NCBI GenBank assembly: GCA_963765575.1
Contig: CAVXWZ010000002.1
Span: forward strand, 416,001-480,000
Source of the DNA: an uncultured cyanobacterium
GTDB taxonomy: Bacteria > Cyanobacteriota > Cyanobacteriia > PCC-6307 > Cyanobiaceae
Reading direction: 5' to 3'
DNA: 64,000 nucleotides
The notes beneath the pieces were generated by a model, which was not told the DNA's origin, searched no databases, and saw nothing but the letters and a program-made list of their open reading frames with translations. Within the stretch, counting starts at the first letter, position 1. Each line of letters begins with the position of its first letter. The position numbers and the translations under genes were made by a program. Positions 19,612 to 33,444 of this stretch are shown in pieces.

Positions 19612-20502
19612 ATGGCGATTGCCTGGGTGTTTCCTGGCCAGGGGTCCCAGAAAGCGGGCATGGCCGATGGCCTGCTCGACCTGGGCGGAGCCCGGGAGCG
19701 GTTTGCGCGCGCTTCGGCCCTGCTGGGCCGCGACCTGGTGGCCATCTGCAGCGGCCAGGGGGAAGGGGAGCTGGCCGATCTCAACGACACCCGCAACACC
19801 CAGCCGGCCCTGTTTGTGGTTGAGAGCCTGCTGGCGGATGCGCTCAGGGCCCAGGGCCGGCGCGCCGACCTGGTGGCCGGCCACAGCCTCGGCGAGCTGG
19901 CGGCCCTCTACGCCGCAGGGGTGTTCGATGCCGACACCGGCCTGGCCCTGGTGCGGCGCCGTAGCGAACTGATGGCAGCGGCGGGCGGCGGCGCGATGAC
20001 GGCGGTGATGGGCTTCGATCGCAGCGAGCTGGAGCGCCTGGTGGCGGCCAGCGATGGGGTGGTGATCGCCAATGACAACAGCAGCGCCCAGGTGGTGCTC
20101 TCCGGCACCCCGGAGGCGGTGGCGCGGGTGAGCGACGCCCTGGCCTGCAAGCGCGCCGTGCCCCTGGCGGTGAGTGGAGCGTTCCACTCACCCTTCATGG
20201 CCGAGGCCGCTGCGGCCTTCGCCGCTGAGCTGGAGGCGGTCCCCTTCGCCGACGCCGAGGTGCCGGTGCTCAGCAACGCCGACCCCGTGCCGGCCACCAG
20301 CGCTGCGGTGCTGAAGGAGCGGCTGCGGCGGCAGATGACCACCGGCGTGCGCTGGCGGGAAACCATGGACGGTCTGGCTGCCGCCGGCATCGACACCGCC
20401 GTGGAGATCGGCCCGGGCAGCGTGCTCAGCGGTCTGATCAAGCGCAGCGGCGCGGCCATCGCCACCGCCCGCATCGCCAGCACCGCCGACCTGGGGGGAT
20501 GA
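19612..20502 (+). CDS. fabD: malonyl-CoA:ACP transacylase
   Basis: FPGQGSQ, TQPAL, GHSLGE, VSGAFHS, EIGPG. Confidence 0.96.
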   Translation: MAIAWVFPGQGSQKAGMADGLLDLGGARERFARASALLGRDLVAICSGQGEGELADLNDTRNTQPALFVVESLLADALRAQGRRADLVAGHSLGELAALYAAGVFDADTGLALVRRRSELMAAAGGGAMTAVMGFDRSELERLVAASDGVVIANDNSSAQVVLSGTPEAVARVSDALACKRAVPLAVSGAFHSPFMAEAAAAFAAELEAVPFADAEVPVLSNADPVPATSAAVLKERLRRQMTTGVRWRETMDGLAAAGIDTAVEIGPGSVLSGLIKRSGAAIATARIASTADLGG

Positions 20503-21266
20503 ATCGATCCGTCGCCGCGGTGAAACGGGTGCTGCGCCGACGTCGGCGCAGCGAGCCACCAGCCCTCATCCGCACCCCCAGGCCCAGCCTCACCTACCGG
20601 GCGATCAGCTATCTGCTGGTGTTCCCCATCTTTCGGCTGCTGTTGCGTGGCCGCACCTGTGGGGGTGAGCAGGTGCCGAGGGACGGGGCCCTGGTGGTGG
20701 TGGCGAACCACGGCTCCCACCTCGATCCACCCCTGCTGGGCCATGCCCTGGGGCGCCCTGTGGCCTTCATGGCCAAGGCGGAACTGTTCCGGGTGCCCCT
20801 GCTGGGGCCGATCATCCGCGCCTGCGGGGCCTACCCCATCACCCGCGGCGCCAGCGACCGCGAGGCGATCCGCACCGCCGGTGATCGCCTCGAGGAGGGC
20901 TGGGCCGTGGGGGTGTTCATCGACGGCAGCCGCCAGGCCGACGGACGCGTCAACCATCCCCTGCCCGGTGCAGCCCTGCTGGCCGCCCGCGCCGGCGTGC
21001 CCCTGCTGCCGGTGGCGATCGTCAACAGCCACCGGGCCCTGGGTCCCGGCCAGAGCCGGGTGCGGGCCGTGCCGGTGCACATCCGCATCGGCACGCCGAT
21101 TCCGCCGCCGGCCTCCCGGCGCCGGGTCGATCTCGACGCCAGCACCGCCGCCTGCCAGCTCCAGATCAATGCCCTTCTCGACCAGGGATTGATCGCAGCA
21201 CCCGCTCTGTCCAGCGCCCGGGTGCCAGACGCTCTGCCGCCCAGTGGCGCAGATCCCGACCGCTGA
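20499..21266 (+). CDS. plsC: 1-acyl-sn-glycerol-3-phosphate acyltransferase
   Basis: NHGSHLD (HX4D), FMAKAELF, FIDGSR. Confidence 0.9.
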   Translation: MNRSVAAVKRVLRRRRRSEPPALIRTPRPSLTYRAISYLLVFPIFRLLLRGRTCGGEQVPRDGALVVVANHGSHLDPPLLGHALGRPVAFMAKAELFRVPLLGPIIRACGAYPITRGASDREAIRTAGDRLEEGWAVGVFIDGSRQADGRVNHPLPGAALLAARAGVPLLPVAIVNSHRALGPGQSRVRAVPVHIRIGTPIPPPASRRRVDLDASTAACQLQINALLDQGLIAAPALSSARVPDALPPSGADPDR

Positions 21267-21897
21267 CCACCCACAGCGCCGCCCGCAGGCCATCGCCCCA
21301 CACCTTGCGACGGCGCTCGGGAACGCACTGGTCGCCACAGTCCACCGACTCCGGGGTGAGATGGATGCCGCGACTGCCGGCCACGATCCGGCCCACCAGC
21401 AGGGCACGGTCCATGTGGTCGCTGCTGGTCACCAGCAGCGCATGGCGCACCCGGGCCTGGCGCAGGTCATCCACCAGGGAGGTGAAGTTGGTGAGGGTGT
21501 CGGTGGCGCGGTAGTCAAGCTGCACCTGGCGGGAGGGCAGGCCCTGGTGCTGCTCGAACAGCCAGTGGGCGTACTCGGGATTGCTGCCGCCGCTCACCAC
21601 CACCGGCAGGCCCCGCTCGCGGGCGATCGCGGCGGCATGGCGCTCCCGCTCCAGATCGCCGCCCAACACCAGGATCACCTGGGCCGGCGGGGGCGGCGGC
21701 CACCACCAGCCGCGCGACAGCCACACCCAGGTTCCGGCCAGTGCCAGCAGCAGCGAGAGCCGCCAGGGCAGGGACCGACGGCGGCGCGGCGCAGGGGGCC
21801 GGGGCGGGCGCGCCGCCGTCGGGGAACGCCGGCCGACCGGCGGGCGCTGCGGCCGGGGACGACGGCGACCAGGCGCACCGGGGGGACGGGCCTGCAT
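21166..21897 (-). CDS. YdcF/DUF218-family protein
   Basis: ILVLGG..RE, VSGG, DYRATDTLTNF, LVTSSDHMDRA. Confidence 0.85.
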   Translation of the reverse strand: MQARPPGAPGRRRPRPQRPPVGRRSPTAARPPRPPAPRRRRSLPWRLSLLLALAGTWVWLSRGWWWPPPPPAQVILVLGGDLERERHAAAIARERGLPVVVSGGSNPEYAHWLFEQHQGLPSRQVQLDYRATDTLTNFTSLVDDLRQARVRHALLVTSSDHMDRALLVGRIVAGSRGIHLTPESVDCGDQCVPERRRKVWGDGLRAALWVVSGRDLRHWAAERLAPGRWTERVLRSIPGREGH

Positions 21898-22541
21898 CAG
21901 CCCACCCCCACCGGCGAGCTGGGGTAGAGGGGCAGCACCGGCTGCCAAGGGGCCGCCACGCCGCCCCCTCGGGCTTGCTGGGACAGGGCCAGCAGCTCGC
22001 CCACATCGGCGGCTACGGCCACCGTGGCCTCCAGCCGGGGGGCTGGATCAAGGGCGTCCAGGGTGGCCGCATCGGCGTGCAGCCGCGGCGCCAGCAACTC
22101 CACCACGGCCGCACCGGGCCCAGCGCCGCCGTCGGTCCCGGGACCGGGTCCGTAAAGCCCGGCCACCAGCCCGCGGCGCGGCAGCTCCTGAACCAGCCAG
22201 GTGGGGGCAGTGAGGCCCAGGCGGCGGGCCACCAGCAGAAAGCTGCCCACCCCGTCAAGGGGCAGCTTGAGCTGCTGGGCCAGGGTGCGGGCCATCACCA
22301 CGGTGAGACGGGTGCCGGTGAACCCCCCCGGGCCGGTGGCCACCGCCAGCCGCCCCAGGGCCGGCCAGTCGGCGGCGGGCAGCACCTCCTCCACACAGCT
22401 GAGCAGCTGGTTGGAGAGGCCGCGGCCCAGGGGGAAGGTGGCGATGCGATCGGGCACGCCACCCTCGAGGTGGCGCAGACCTACCCCCAGCTCGGCGGTG
22501 GAGCTGTGCAGGGCCAGCAACCAGCAGCCAGCCGGCGTCAT
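21897..22541 (-). CDS. tsaB: t6A biosynthesis protein TsaB
   Basis: LLALHSST, LAVATGPGGFTGTR, C-terminal LPLYP. Confidence 0.88.
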   Translation of the reverse strand: MTPAGCWLLALHSSTAELGVGLRHLEGGVPDRIATFPLGRGLSNQLLSCVEEVLPAADWPALGRLAVATGPGGFTGTRLTVVMARTLAQQLKLPLDGVGSFLLVARRLGLTAPTWLVQELPRRGLVAGLYGPGPGTDGGAGPGAAVVELLAPRLHADAATLDALDPAPRLEATVAVAADVGELLALSQQARGGGVAAPWQPVLPLYPSSPVGVG

Positions 22542-22789
22542 CGGGGCAGGGCGGCGCCGGGGCGCAGCCGTCGCCAGCGGCCGGGCTCGGCCAGGAAGCT
22601 GCCGCAGGCCCGCACGTCCCACTCCACGCCCACGCCGCCGCCGACCAACTCCATTACTTGCACATGGATGCGCGGCTCATTGGGCCGGAACTCGGGGTGG
22701 GGATTGAGGTGCTCGGCGCCATGCTGACGCTCCACCGCGTGATAGGCCTGACAGCGGTCGACCCAGCGGCAGTCCACGCAGATGCACAT
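22538..22789 (-). CDS. ycf34: Ycf34 family Fe-S protein
   Basis: MCICVDCRWVDRCQAYHAVERQH...EWDVRACGSF. Confidence 0.93.
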   Translation of the reverse strand: MCICVDCRWVDRCQAYHAVERQHGAEHLNPHPEFRPNEPRIHVQVMELVGGGVGVEWDVRACGSFLAEPGRWRRLRPGAALPR

Positions 22790-24102
22790 CCCGGCCAGTT
22801 CGCGCCAGGCCCCCATTGTGGGGGTCCTGGCAAGCGGCGGTGAGCTGGAGCGCCGCCTCTGGCAGCGGCTGGCGCCACAGCACTGGCCGATTGATCCCCG
22901 CGACCTGCCCGCTGGCAGCGCCCTGGTGGGGGGGGCCGTACGCGATGCCCTGCTGGGCCGGCTGAGCGGGCAACCCGATCTGGACCTGGTCGTCCCAGCC
23001 GGTGCCATCGCCCTCGGCCAGCAGCTGGCCCGGCAGCGGGGGGAGCTGCGTGGTGCTGGATCGGCAGCGGGACATCGCCCGGGTGGTGCTGGCGAGCTGG
23101 ACGATCGACCTCGCCCGCCAGGAGGGACGGACACTGCGCGACGACCTGGGCCGGCGGGACTTCAGCGCCAATGCCATCGCCCTGCCCCTGGCCCCGGGAG
23201 CAGGGCTGCTCGATCCCACCGGCGGTCTGGCGGCCCTGCGGCAGGGCCGGTTGGTGGCGGTGTCGGAGGCCAACCTGCTCGACGATCCGCTGCGCCTGCT
23301 GCGCGGCATCCGGTTGTGCTGGCAGCTTGAGCTGCAGCTGGAGACCACCACCGCCGGCTGGATCGCCACCCACGCCTCGCGGCTGGCCGACGTGGCGGGG
23401 GAGCGGGTGCTGAGTGAGTTGCAACGCCTGGCCGAGGCGGCCGAGGGTGGGCGCGGACTGCTGCAGGCCCTGGAGCTGGATCTGCTGCGTCCCTGGACCA
23501 CGGAGGGAGGGACCACCCAAGGCGGGGCCACCGAGGGCTGGGCCGCCGGCTGGCTGGCCCTGCTGGATGCCGGCGCCACCGGGCGACTGGGGCTGAGTGC
23601 CGCCGAGAGCGCCGCAGCCCTGCCCCTGGCCCGTCTGGCCGCCCTGCTGCCCCCGCAGGCGGTGTTGGCCCTGCGCGGCAGCCGGCGGCTACAGCGCCAG
23701 TGCGCAGTGCTGCGCCACTGGTGGCAGCGCCTGCAGGACAGCGGCGGCGCAACGGCCGCAGGCGAACGGCGGCCATTGCCGCTGGACGCCCTTGATGAGA
23801 CCGCGCGCCTGCAGCTGCAGCACGAGCTGGAGCCAATCCTGCCCGCCCTGCTGCTGGCCCTGCCGGCAGCCCCGGCCCGCCTCGCCCTGCAGCGCTGGCG
23901 CGATGCCGAGGATCCCCTGTTCCATCCCCGTTCAGCGCTGAACGGCGACCGCCTGCGGCAAGAGCTGGGGATGCCGGCCGGGCCTGAACTGGGAGAGCTG
24001 CTCGGGCACCTGAGCCACGAACGGGCCTTTGGCCGTCTGCCGGCGGGCGGCACGCAGGAGGCCCTGGCCGCCGCACGCCTGTGGCTGGAGCAACGCCGCT
24101 GA
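22782..24102 (+). CDS. tRNA nucleotidyltransferase/poly(A) polymerase family, frameshifted in a G run at ~23038-23043
   Basis: LVGGAVRDALLG..DLDLV in the first ORF; DL.RRDFSANAIA, DPTGGL and DDPLRLLRGIR in the second; start uncertain. Confidence 0.85.
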
Positions 24103-24212
24103 CCAGCCCACGCCGTGGTTAACTGCATGGAGCGATGGCTTGAGATGAGTGAGTCCTGTCTTCGCCTGCTTCCCCTTCAGCTGAAGTATTCCATTTTCTG
24201 AATTTCCCCTCC

Positions 24213-24632
24213 ATGAGCGTTCGTCTCTACGTCGGCAACCTGCCGCAGTCTTTTGATGCCAAGGAGCTCGAAGCTCTGTTCACCGGCGTTGGAGAAGGGG
24301 TCCGCTTCAAAGTCGTCAACGACCGCGAGACCGGCCTCTGCCGGGGCTTCGGCTTCGCCAACGTCGACGATCAGGCCAAGGCCGACGCGGTGATCTCCCA
24401 GCTCAACGGCAAGGACTTCGGCGGCAACACCCTGCGCATCGAAGTGTCCGAGCGCCGCGACAGCCGCCCCACCGGCGGCACCGAGCGCCGCGGGCAGAGT
24501 GCCCCGCAGCGTCAGGCCACCAAGAAAGTGGTGCATGCCGACCAGGTGGACAGCGAAGCCCCCGACCCCCGCTGGGCCGGCGACCTCGCCAAGCTGAAGC
24601 AACTGCTCGACAGCCAGAAGGCTGCCGTCTGA
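24213..24632 (+). CDS. RRM RNA-binding protein (long Rbp3-type)
   Basis: RNP2 LYVGNL, RNP1 RGFGFA, C-terminal PDPRWAGDLAKLK. Confidence 0.92.
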   Translation: MSVRLYVGNLPQSFDAKELEALFTGVGEGVRFKVVNDRETGLCRGFGFANVDDQAKADAVISQLNGKDFGGNTLRIEVSERRDSRPTGGTERRGQSAPQRQATKKVVHADQVDSEAPDPRWAGDLAKLKQLLDSQKAAV

Positions 24633-24678
24633 TCCCACCGCCCCCGGTCCGCTGATTCAGGCCCCCTCTCAGCTCTGG

Positions 24679-25611
24679 TTGTGGCGGGGCCACACGGTCG
24701 GCGTGCGCCGAAGCGGCGAGGCATCGGCCGCCGAGAAGGTGCTGCTGATCCACGGCTTCGGGGCCTCCTCGGCCCACTGGCGCCACACCCTGCCCGCCCT
24801 GGCCGACATCGCTGAGGTGATCGCCCTCGACCTGTTGGGTTTCGGGGCCAGCTCCAAGCCGCGCTCCCGCCTCGCCGACGAGCCTGAGCAGCCGCAGGCG
24901 GTGCGTTACTGCTTCGATCTCTGGGCCGCGCAAGTGGCCGACGCGGCTGCTGAGCTCCTGCGCATCGGGGAGCAACCCTGTCGGCTGCATCTGGTGGGCA
25001 ACTCGATCGGCGGCATGGTGGCCCTCAACGCCGCCCGGCTGCTGCGCGCTCGCGGCCTGCCTCCCCAGCAGGTGGTGCTGCTGGACTGCGCCCAGCGGGC
25101 CCTTGATGACAAGCGGCTGGCGCAGCTGCCGGGTTGGCAGCGTCCATCACGCCCCCTGCTCAAGGCCCTGGTGCGCCAGCGCTCCCTGGTGGCACCCCTG
25201 TTCCGCCTGCTGGCGCGGCCGGCGGTGATCCGCCGGGTGCTGAGGCGGGCCTACCCCAGCGGCGCCCACGTGGATCAGGAGCTGGTGGATCTGCTGTTCC
25301 AGCCCAGCACCGACAGCGGGGCCGTGGAGAGCTTCCGGGGTTTTGTGAACCTGTTCAACGACCACCTCGCACCGGAGCTCCTCGCCGAGCTCAGCGCCCC
25401 GGACGCGGCCGGCCGGGAGCTGGTGCCGGTGCGGCTGATCTGGGGGGAGGCCGATCCCTGGGAAGACCCCGCCGAGGCGAGGCGCTGGGCGGAGTGTTTC
25501 GCCTGCATCCAGGAGCTGGTGGTGCTGCCCGGGGTGGGACACTGCCCCCACGACGAGGCCCCGGAGCTGGTGAACCCCCTGCTGCGCCGCTGGATCACTG
25601 GCGAGACCTGA
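24679..25611 (+). CDS. alpha/beta-fold hydrolase
   Basis: LIHGFGAS, DLLGFG, GNSIGG nucleophile elbow, GHCPHDE; start uncertain. Confidence 0.9.
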   Translation: MWRGHTVGVRRSGEASAAEKVLLIHGFGASSAHWRHTLPALADIAEVIALDLLGFGASSKPRSRLADEPEQPQAVRYCFDLWAAQVADAAAELLRIGEQPCRLHLVGNSIGGMVALNAARLLRARGLPPQQVVLLDCAQRALDDKRLAQLPGWQRPSRPLLKALVRQRSLVAPLFRLLARPAVIRRVLRRAYPSGAHVDQELVDLLFQPSTDSGAVESFRGFVNLFNDHLAPELLAELSAPDAAGRELVPVRLIWGEADPWEDPAEARRWAECFACIQELVVLPGVGHCPHDEAPELVNPLLRRWITGET

Positions 25612-25648
25612 GCGTTCAGCGGAGCTGAGCGTTCAGCCGGCCAGGCGC

Positions 25649-29198
<3,550 letters not shown>

Positions 29199-29215
29199 CC
29201 GCCTGAGCGGCCCGC

Positions 29216-30238
29216 TCAGGCTCCGGCCGTGGCGGCGGCCTCGGGTGCCTCTGGCTGGGGGCCGGCCTCTGACTGGTTGGCGGCCGCAGGCTGGGCGGGA
29301 CGGCGCAGGGGGCTGTCGGCGCTGGCGAACACGGGCAGCACCTCCCGGCGGAAGGCTTCAGCCGCCCGGGAGCAGTAGCGGGCCGGGTGGCTGATCAGCT
29401 TCAGCTGACGGCGCACGACCAGGTCGGAGACCTGGGGCCGGTGCAGGCTGCCGGAGGCCAGTTCGCGCTCGATCGACACCACCGGCAGGAAGGCCGCACC
29501 CAGGCCCGACTGCACGGCGTTCTTGATCGCCTCGAAGGAATTGAGCTCCATCTCGATCTTCAGCCTCGACAGCTCCAGGCCGGAGCGGGCCAACAGATGG
29601 TCCACCATCTTGCGGGTGGTGGACTGGGCATCGAGACAGACGAAACCGAGCCGATAGAGGTCGTCCTTGGTGAGCTCGGGCAGACGGGCCAGGGCGTGCT
29701 TGGTGGGCAGCACCAGGGCCAGGTCGTCCACCCCATAGGGCACCACCTGCAGCAGCTCATTGAGTTCGCTGGGCAGCTCGCCGCCGATGATCGCCAGGTC
29801 GATCTGGCCGTTGGCCACGCTCCAGCCGGTGCGGCGGGTGCTGTGCACCTGCAGCTGGACCGCCACATCCGGGTACTTCTGGCGGAACAGGCCGATCATG
29901 CGCGGCATCAGGTAGGTGCCCGTGGTCTGGCTGGCACCCACGATCAGGGAACCACCGCGCAGGTTGTGGAGGTCTTCCAGGGCCCGGCAGGCCTCCTGAC
30001 ACTGGCTGAGGATGCGGTCGCAGTAGCTCAGCAACAGGTGGCCGGCCTCGGTGAGCTGGGCTTTGCGCCCACCCCGATCGAACAGCGACACACTCAGCTG
30101 CTTCTCCAGGTTCTGGATCTGCAGGCTCACCGCCGGCTGGGTGACGTAGAGGCTGTCGGCGGCTTTCTTGAAGCTGCCTTCACTGGCGATGGCCCGCAGG
30201 ATGCGCAGCTGGTCGAGGGTGAACGGCAGATCTGCCAT
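29216..30238 (-). CDS. rbcR: LysR-family regulator RbcR/Ycf30 type
   Basis: [14 protein letters not shown]...[37 protein letters not shown]. Confidence 0.88.
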   Translation of the reverse strand: MADLPFTLDQLRILRAIASEGSFKKAADSLYVTQPAVSLQIQNLEKQLSVSLFDRGGRKAQLTEAGHLLLSYCDRILSQCQEACRALEDLHNLRGGSLIVGASQTTGTYLMPRMIGLFRQKYPDVAVQLQVHSTRRTGWSVANGQIDLAIIGGELPSELNELLQVVPYGVDDLALVLPTKHALARLPELTKDDLYRLGFVCLDAQSTTRKMVDHLLARSGLELSRLKIEMELNSFEAIKNAVQSGLGAAFLPVVSIERELASGSLHRPQVSDLVVRRQLKLISHPARYCSRAAEAFRREVLPVFASADSPLRRPAQPAAANQSEAGPQPEAPEAAATAGA

Positions 30239-30342
30239 GGTTCGGCCTGCAAGCCCGCAGGCCAGCGCCAGCAGGGGGCCCAAACTCTAGGGGCCGCCAC
30301 CGGCGGCCAGAATCGCTGCCTTCACAACTCCCCATCCAGCCC

Positions 30343-31095
30343 GTGTTCGCCAGCTTCAGCCCGCCGGTTGGCAACCACCACAGCAGCTGGGTGATGCTGG
30401 CCCTGTTGCTGGTCTTCGCCGTGATCCACAGCGGGGGGGCCTCCCTGCGCGCCGCAGCTGTGGAGCGGATCGGCGAGCGGGCCTGGCGGCTGATCTTCGC
30501 CGGGCTGAGCATCCCCGCGGCCGTGGTGCTGGTGGGCTATTTCCTGGCCCACCGCTACGACGGCATCCGGCTCTGGGACCTGCAGGACCAACCCTGGATC
30601 GTGCCGCTGGTGTGGATCGGCACGGCCATCAGCTTCGTGTTTCTGTATCCGGCCACCTACAACCTGCTGGAGATCCCGGCCCTGCTGAAGCCCCAGGTGC
30701 GGCTCTATGCCACGGGCATCATCCGCATCAGCCGCCATCCCCAGGCGGTGGGGCAGGTGCTCTGGTGCGCCACCCACCTGCTCTGGATCGGCAGCAGCTT
30801 CATGGTGGCTGCCAGCATCGGCCTGATCGCCCACCACCTGTTCGCCGTCTGGAACGGCGACCGGCGGCTGCACAACCGCTTTGGAGCGGCGTTCGAGGAG
30901 CTGCGGGCCACGACCTCGGTGATCCCCTTCAAGGCCGTGCTCGACGGCCGCCAACAGCTGGTGGCCTCAGAATTTCTGCGGCCGGCCCAGCTGGGCATCG
31001 CCATCGCCATCGGCCTGTTCTGGTGGTCCCACCGCTACATCGGTGTGGGAGCCACCGGCTTTTCCCGTACCCAGCTGGCCCACTGGCTCGGTTGA
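30343..31095 (+). CDS. NnrU-family protein / probable 15-cis-zeta-carotene isomerase (Z-ISO)
   Basis: FAVIHSGGASLR, FLYPATYNLLE, GIIRISRHPQ, TSVIPF; lies near crtB/pds. Confidence 0.85.
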   Translation: MFASFSPPVGNHHSSWVMLALLLVFAVIHSGGASLRAAAVERIGERAWRLIFAGLSIPAAVVLVGYFLAHRYDGIRLWDLQDQPWIVPLVWIGTAISFVFLYPATYNLLEIPALLKPQVRLYATGIIRISRHPQAVGQVLWCATHLLWIGSSFMVAASIGLIAHHLFAVWNGDRRLHNRFGAAFEELRATTSVIPFKAVLDGRQQLVASEFLRPAQLGIAIAIGLFWWSHRYIGVGATGFSRTQLAHWLG

Positions 31096-31187
31096 GGCCT
31101 CAGCCAGCAGTCGTGCTGTCAATCCCCCATCCCTGAGCGGCGCCGCAGGCAGCACTGCCTACACTCGCCCCAGCCCGTGCCCGCCGG

Positions 31188-33197
31188 ATGCCCTCAGCCG
31201 CTCAACTTGCCTGGTTGATCCCGGCGCTGCCCCTGGCGGGTGCCTGCCTGGTGGGCCTCGGCCTGATCAGCTTCAACCGCACGATCAACCGTCTGCGCAA
31301 ACCGGTGGCCTGGCTGCTGATCAGCTGTGTCGGTGCGGCAGCGGTACTCAGCTTCGCCGTGCTGGCCGAGCAGCTCGCCGGTGCGGGGCCCACCGAAATT
31401 CTCTTCAACTGGGCCAGCGCCGGCAGCTTCAACCTGCAGATGGGCTTCCGCGTGGATGCCCTGGCCGCGGTGATGCTGGCGTTGGTGACCACCATCGCCC
31501 TGCTGGTGATGGTCTATTCCGATGGCTACATGGCCCACGACAAGGGCTATGTGCGTTTCTTCACCTATCTGGCCCTGTTCAGCAGCTCGATGCTGGGGCT
31601 GGTGATCAGCCCCAACCTGCTCGAGATCTACGTGTTCTGGGAGCTGGTGGGCATGTGCTCCTACCTGCTGGTGGGCTTCTGGTACGACCGCGACGGTGCT
31701 GCCAACGCTGCCCAGAAGGCCTTTGTGGTGAACCGGGTGGGTGACTTCGGCCTGCTGCTGGGAATCCTGGGGCTGTTCTGGGCCACGGGCAGCTTCGGCT
31801 TCGAGGAGATCGGTGCCCGGCTGCAGGAGGCCGTGGCCGGCGGCAGCCTCAGCAGCACGGTGGCCGTGATTCTCTGTCTGCTCGTGTTCATGGGGCCGAT
31901 GGCCAAGTCGGCCCAGTTCCCCCTGCACGTGTGGCTCCCCGATGCGATGGAGGGCCCCACGCCGATCTCAGCCCTGATCCATGCCGCCACCATGGTGGCC
32001 GCCGGGGTGTTCCTGGTGGCGCGGCTGCAGCCGGTGTACGAACCCTTCGCCGCGGTACAGCTCACGGTTGCGGTGATCGGCACGATCACCCTGGTTCTGG
32101 GGGCCTCGATCGCCCTCACCCAGATGGATCTCAAGAAGGGGCTGGCCTACAGCACGGTGAGCCAACTCGGCTACATGATGCTGGCCATGGGCTGCGGCGC
32201 CCCGGTGGCCGGCATGTTCCACCTGGTGACCCACGCCTTCTTCAAGGCGATGCTCTTCCTGGGCTCCGGCTCGGTGATTCATGCCATGGAAGAGGTGGTG
32301 GGCCATGAGCCGGTGCTGGCCCAGGACATGCGGCTGATGGGCGGCCTGCGCAAGTTCATGCCGGTGACCAGCATCACCTTCCTGATCGGCTGCGTGGCGA
32401 TCGCCGGCATCCCGCCCCTGGCCGGCTTCTGGAGCAAAGACGAGATCCTCGGCCAGGCCTTCAACAGCTATCCCCTGCTCTGGGTGATGGGCTTCGTCAC
32501 CGCCGGCCTGACGGCCTTTTACATGTTCCGGCTCTACTTCCTCACCTTCGAGGGCGAGTTCCGCGGCAACGACACGGACCTCCAGGCCGAGCTGCTCTCA
32601 GCCGCCGGCGGGGGCTCCAGTGAGGGCGGGGATCATGGCCATGCCCACGCCGAGCATCCCCACGAATCCGGATGGCAAATGGCCCTGCCCCTGGCCGTGC
32701 TGGCGGTGCCCTCGGCCCTGATCGGCCTGCTGGGCATCCCCTGGAACAGCCGTTTTGCTTCCCTCCTCGACCCCCACGAGGCCGCCGAGATGGCCGAGCA
32801 CTTCAGCTGGGCGGAGTTTCTGCCCCTGGCGGGCCTGTCGGTGGCGATCTCGGTGACAGGGATCACCGTGGCGGTGCTGGCCTACGGGCTGCGCAAGCTT
32901 GATCTGGCCACGGCCGTGGCCGGCCGCTTCCCCGCCCTGAACGCCTTCCTGGCCAACAAGTGGTACCTCGACCAGCTCAACGACAAGCTGTTCGTGCGGG
33001 GCAGCCGCAAGCTCGCCCGCTCGGTGCTTGAGGTGGATTCCAAGGTGGTGGACGGCGTGGTCAACCTCACCGGTCTGATGACCCTGGGCAGCGGTGAGGG
33101 CCTCAAGTATTTCGAGACCGGCCGGGCCCAGTTCTATGCGCTGATCGTGTTCGGGGGGGTGATCGCCCTGGTGGTGCTGTTCGGCTCCCTGGGCTGA
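31188..33197 (+). CDS. ndhF1: NAD(P)H-quinone oxidoreductase subunit F (NdhF1)
   Basis: KSAQFPLHVWLPDAMEGPTPISALIHAATMV, THAFFKAMLFL. Confidence 0.95.
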   Translation: MPSAAQLAWLIPALPLAGACLVGLGLISFNRTINRLRKPVAWLLISCVGAAAVLSFAVLAEQLAGAGPTEILFNWASAGSFNLQMGFRVDALAAVMLALVTTIALLVMVYSDGYMAHDKGYVRFFTYLALFSSSMLGLVISPNLLEIYVFWELVGMCSYLLVGFWYDRDGAANAAQKAFVVNRVGDFGLLLGILGLFWATGSFGFEEIGARLQEAVAGGSLSSTVAVILCLLVFMGPMAKSAQFPLHVWLPDAMEGPTPISALIHAATMVAAGVFLVARLQPVYEPFAAVQLTVAVIGTITLVLGASIALTQMDLKKGLAYSTVSQLGYMMLAMGCGAPVAGMFHLVTHAFFKAMLFLGSGSVIHAMEEVVGHEPVLAQDMRLMGGLRKFMPVTSITFLIGCVAIAGIPPLAGFWSKDEILGQAFNSYPLLWVMGFVTAGLTAFYMFRLYFLTFEGEFRGNDTDLQAELLSAAGGGSSEGGDHGHAHAEHPHESGWQMALPLAVLAVPSALIGLLGIPWNSRFASLLDPHEAAEMAEHFSWAEFLPLAGLSVAISVTGITVAVLAYGLRKLDLATAVAGRFPALNAFLANKWYLDQLNDKLFVRGSRKLARSVLEVDSKVVDGVVNLTGLMTLGSGEGLKYFETGRAQFYALIVFGGVIALVVLFGSLG

Positions 33198-33444
33198 GGG
33201 GGCTTCGGCGCCGCAACCGAGCAACACACCTGGCTCGCCAGCTCACCCCCTCGTGGCTGTCGCGGCGGGGGTGGCCAGGCCGACCAGCAACACCTGCCGG
33301 CCGTGAGTGGATCTCAGGCCGCGTTGGGTGCACAGCGCCAGGGATGGCCGGGCTCCAGTCACGGCCGGCCCACAACGGACTGTGTGCCTACCCCCACCGG
33401 CGATCGGGGCGGCGGGGAGGTATTTCTACACTCCTGCCAACAGA

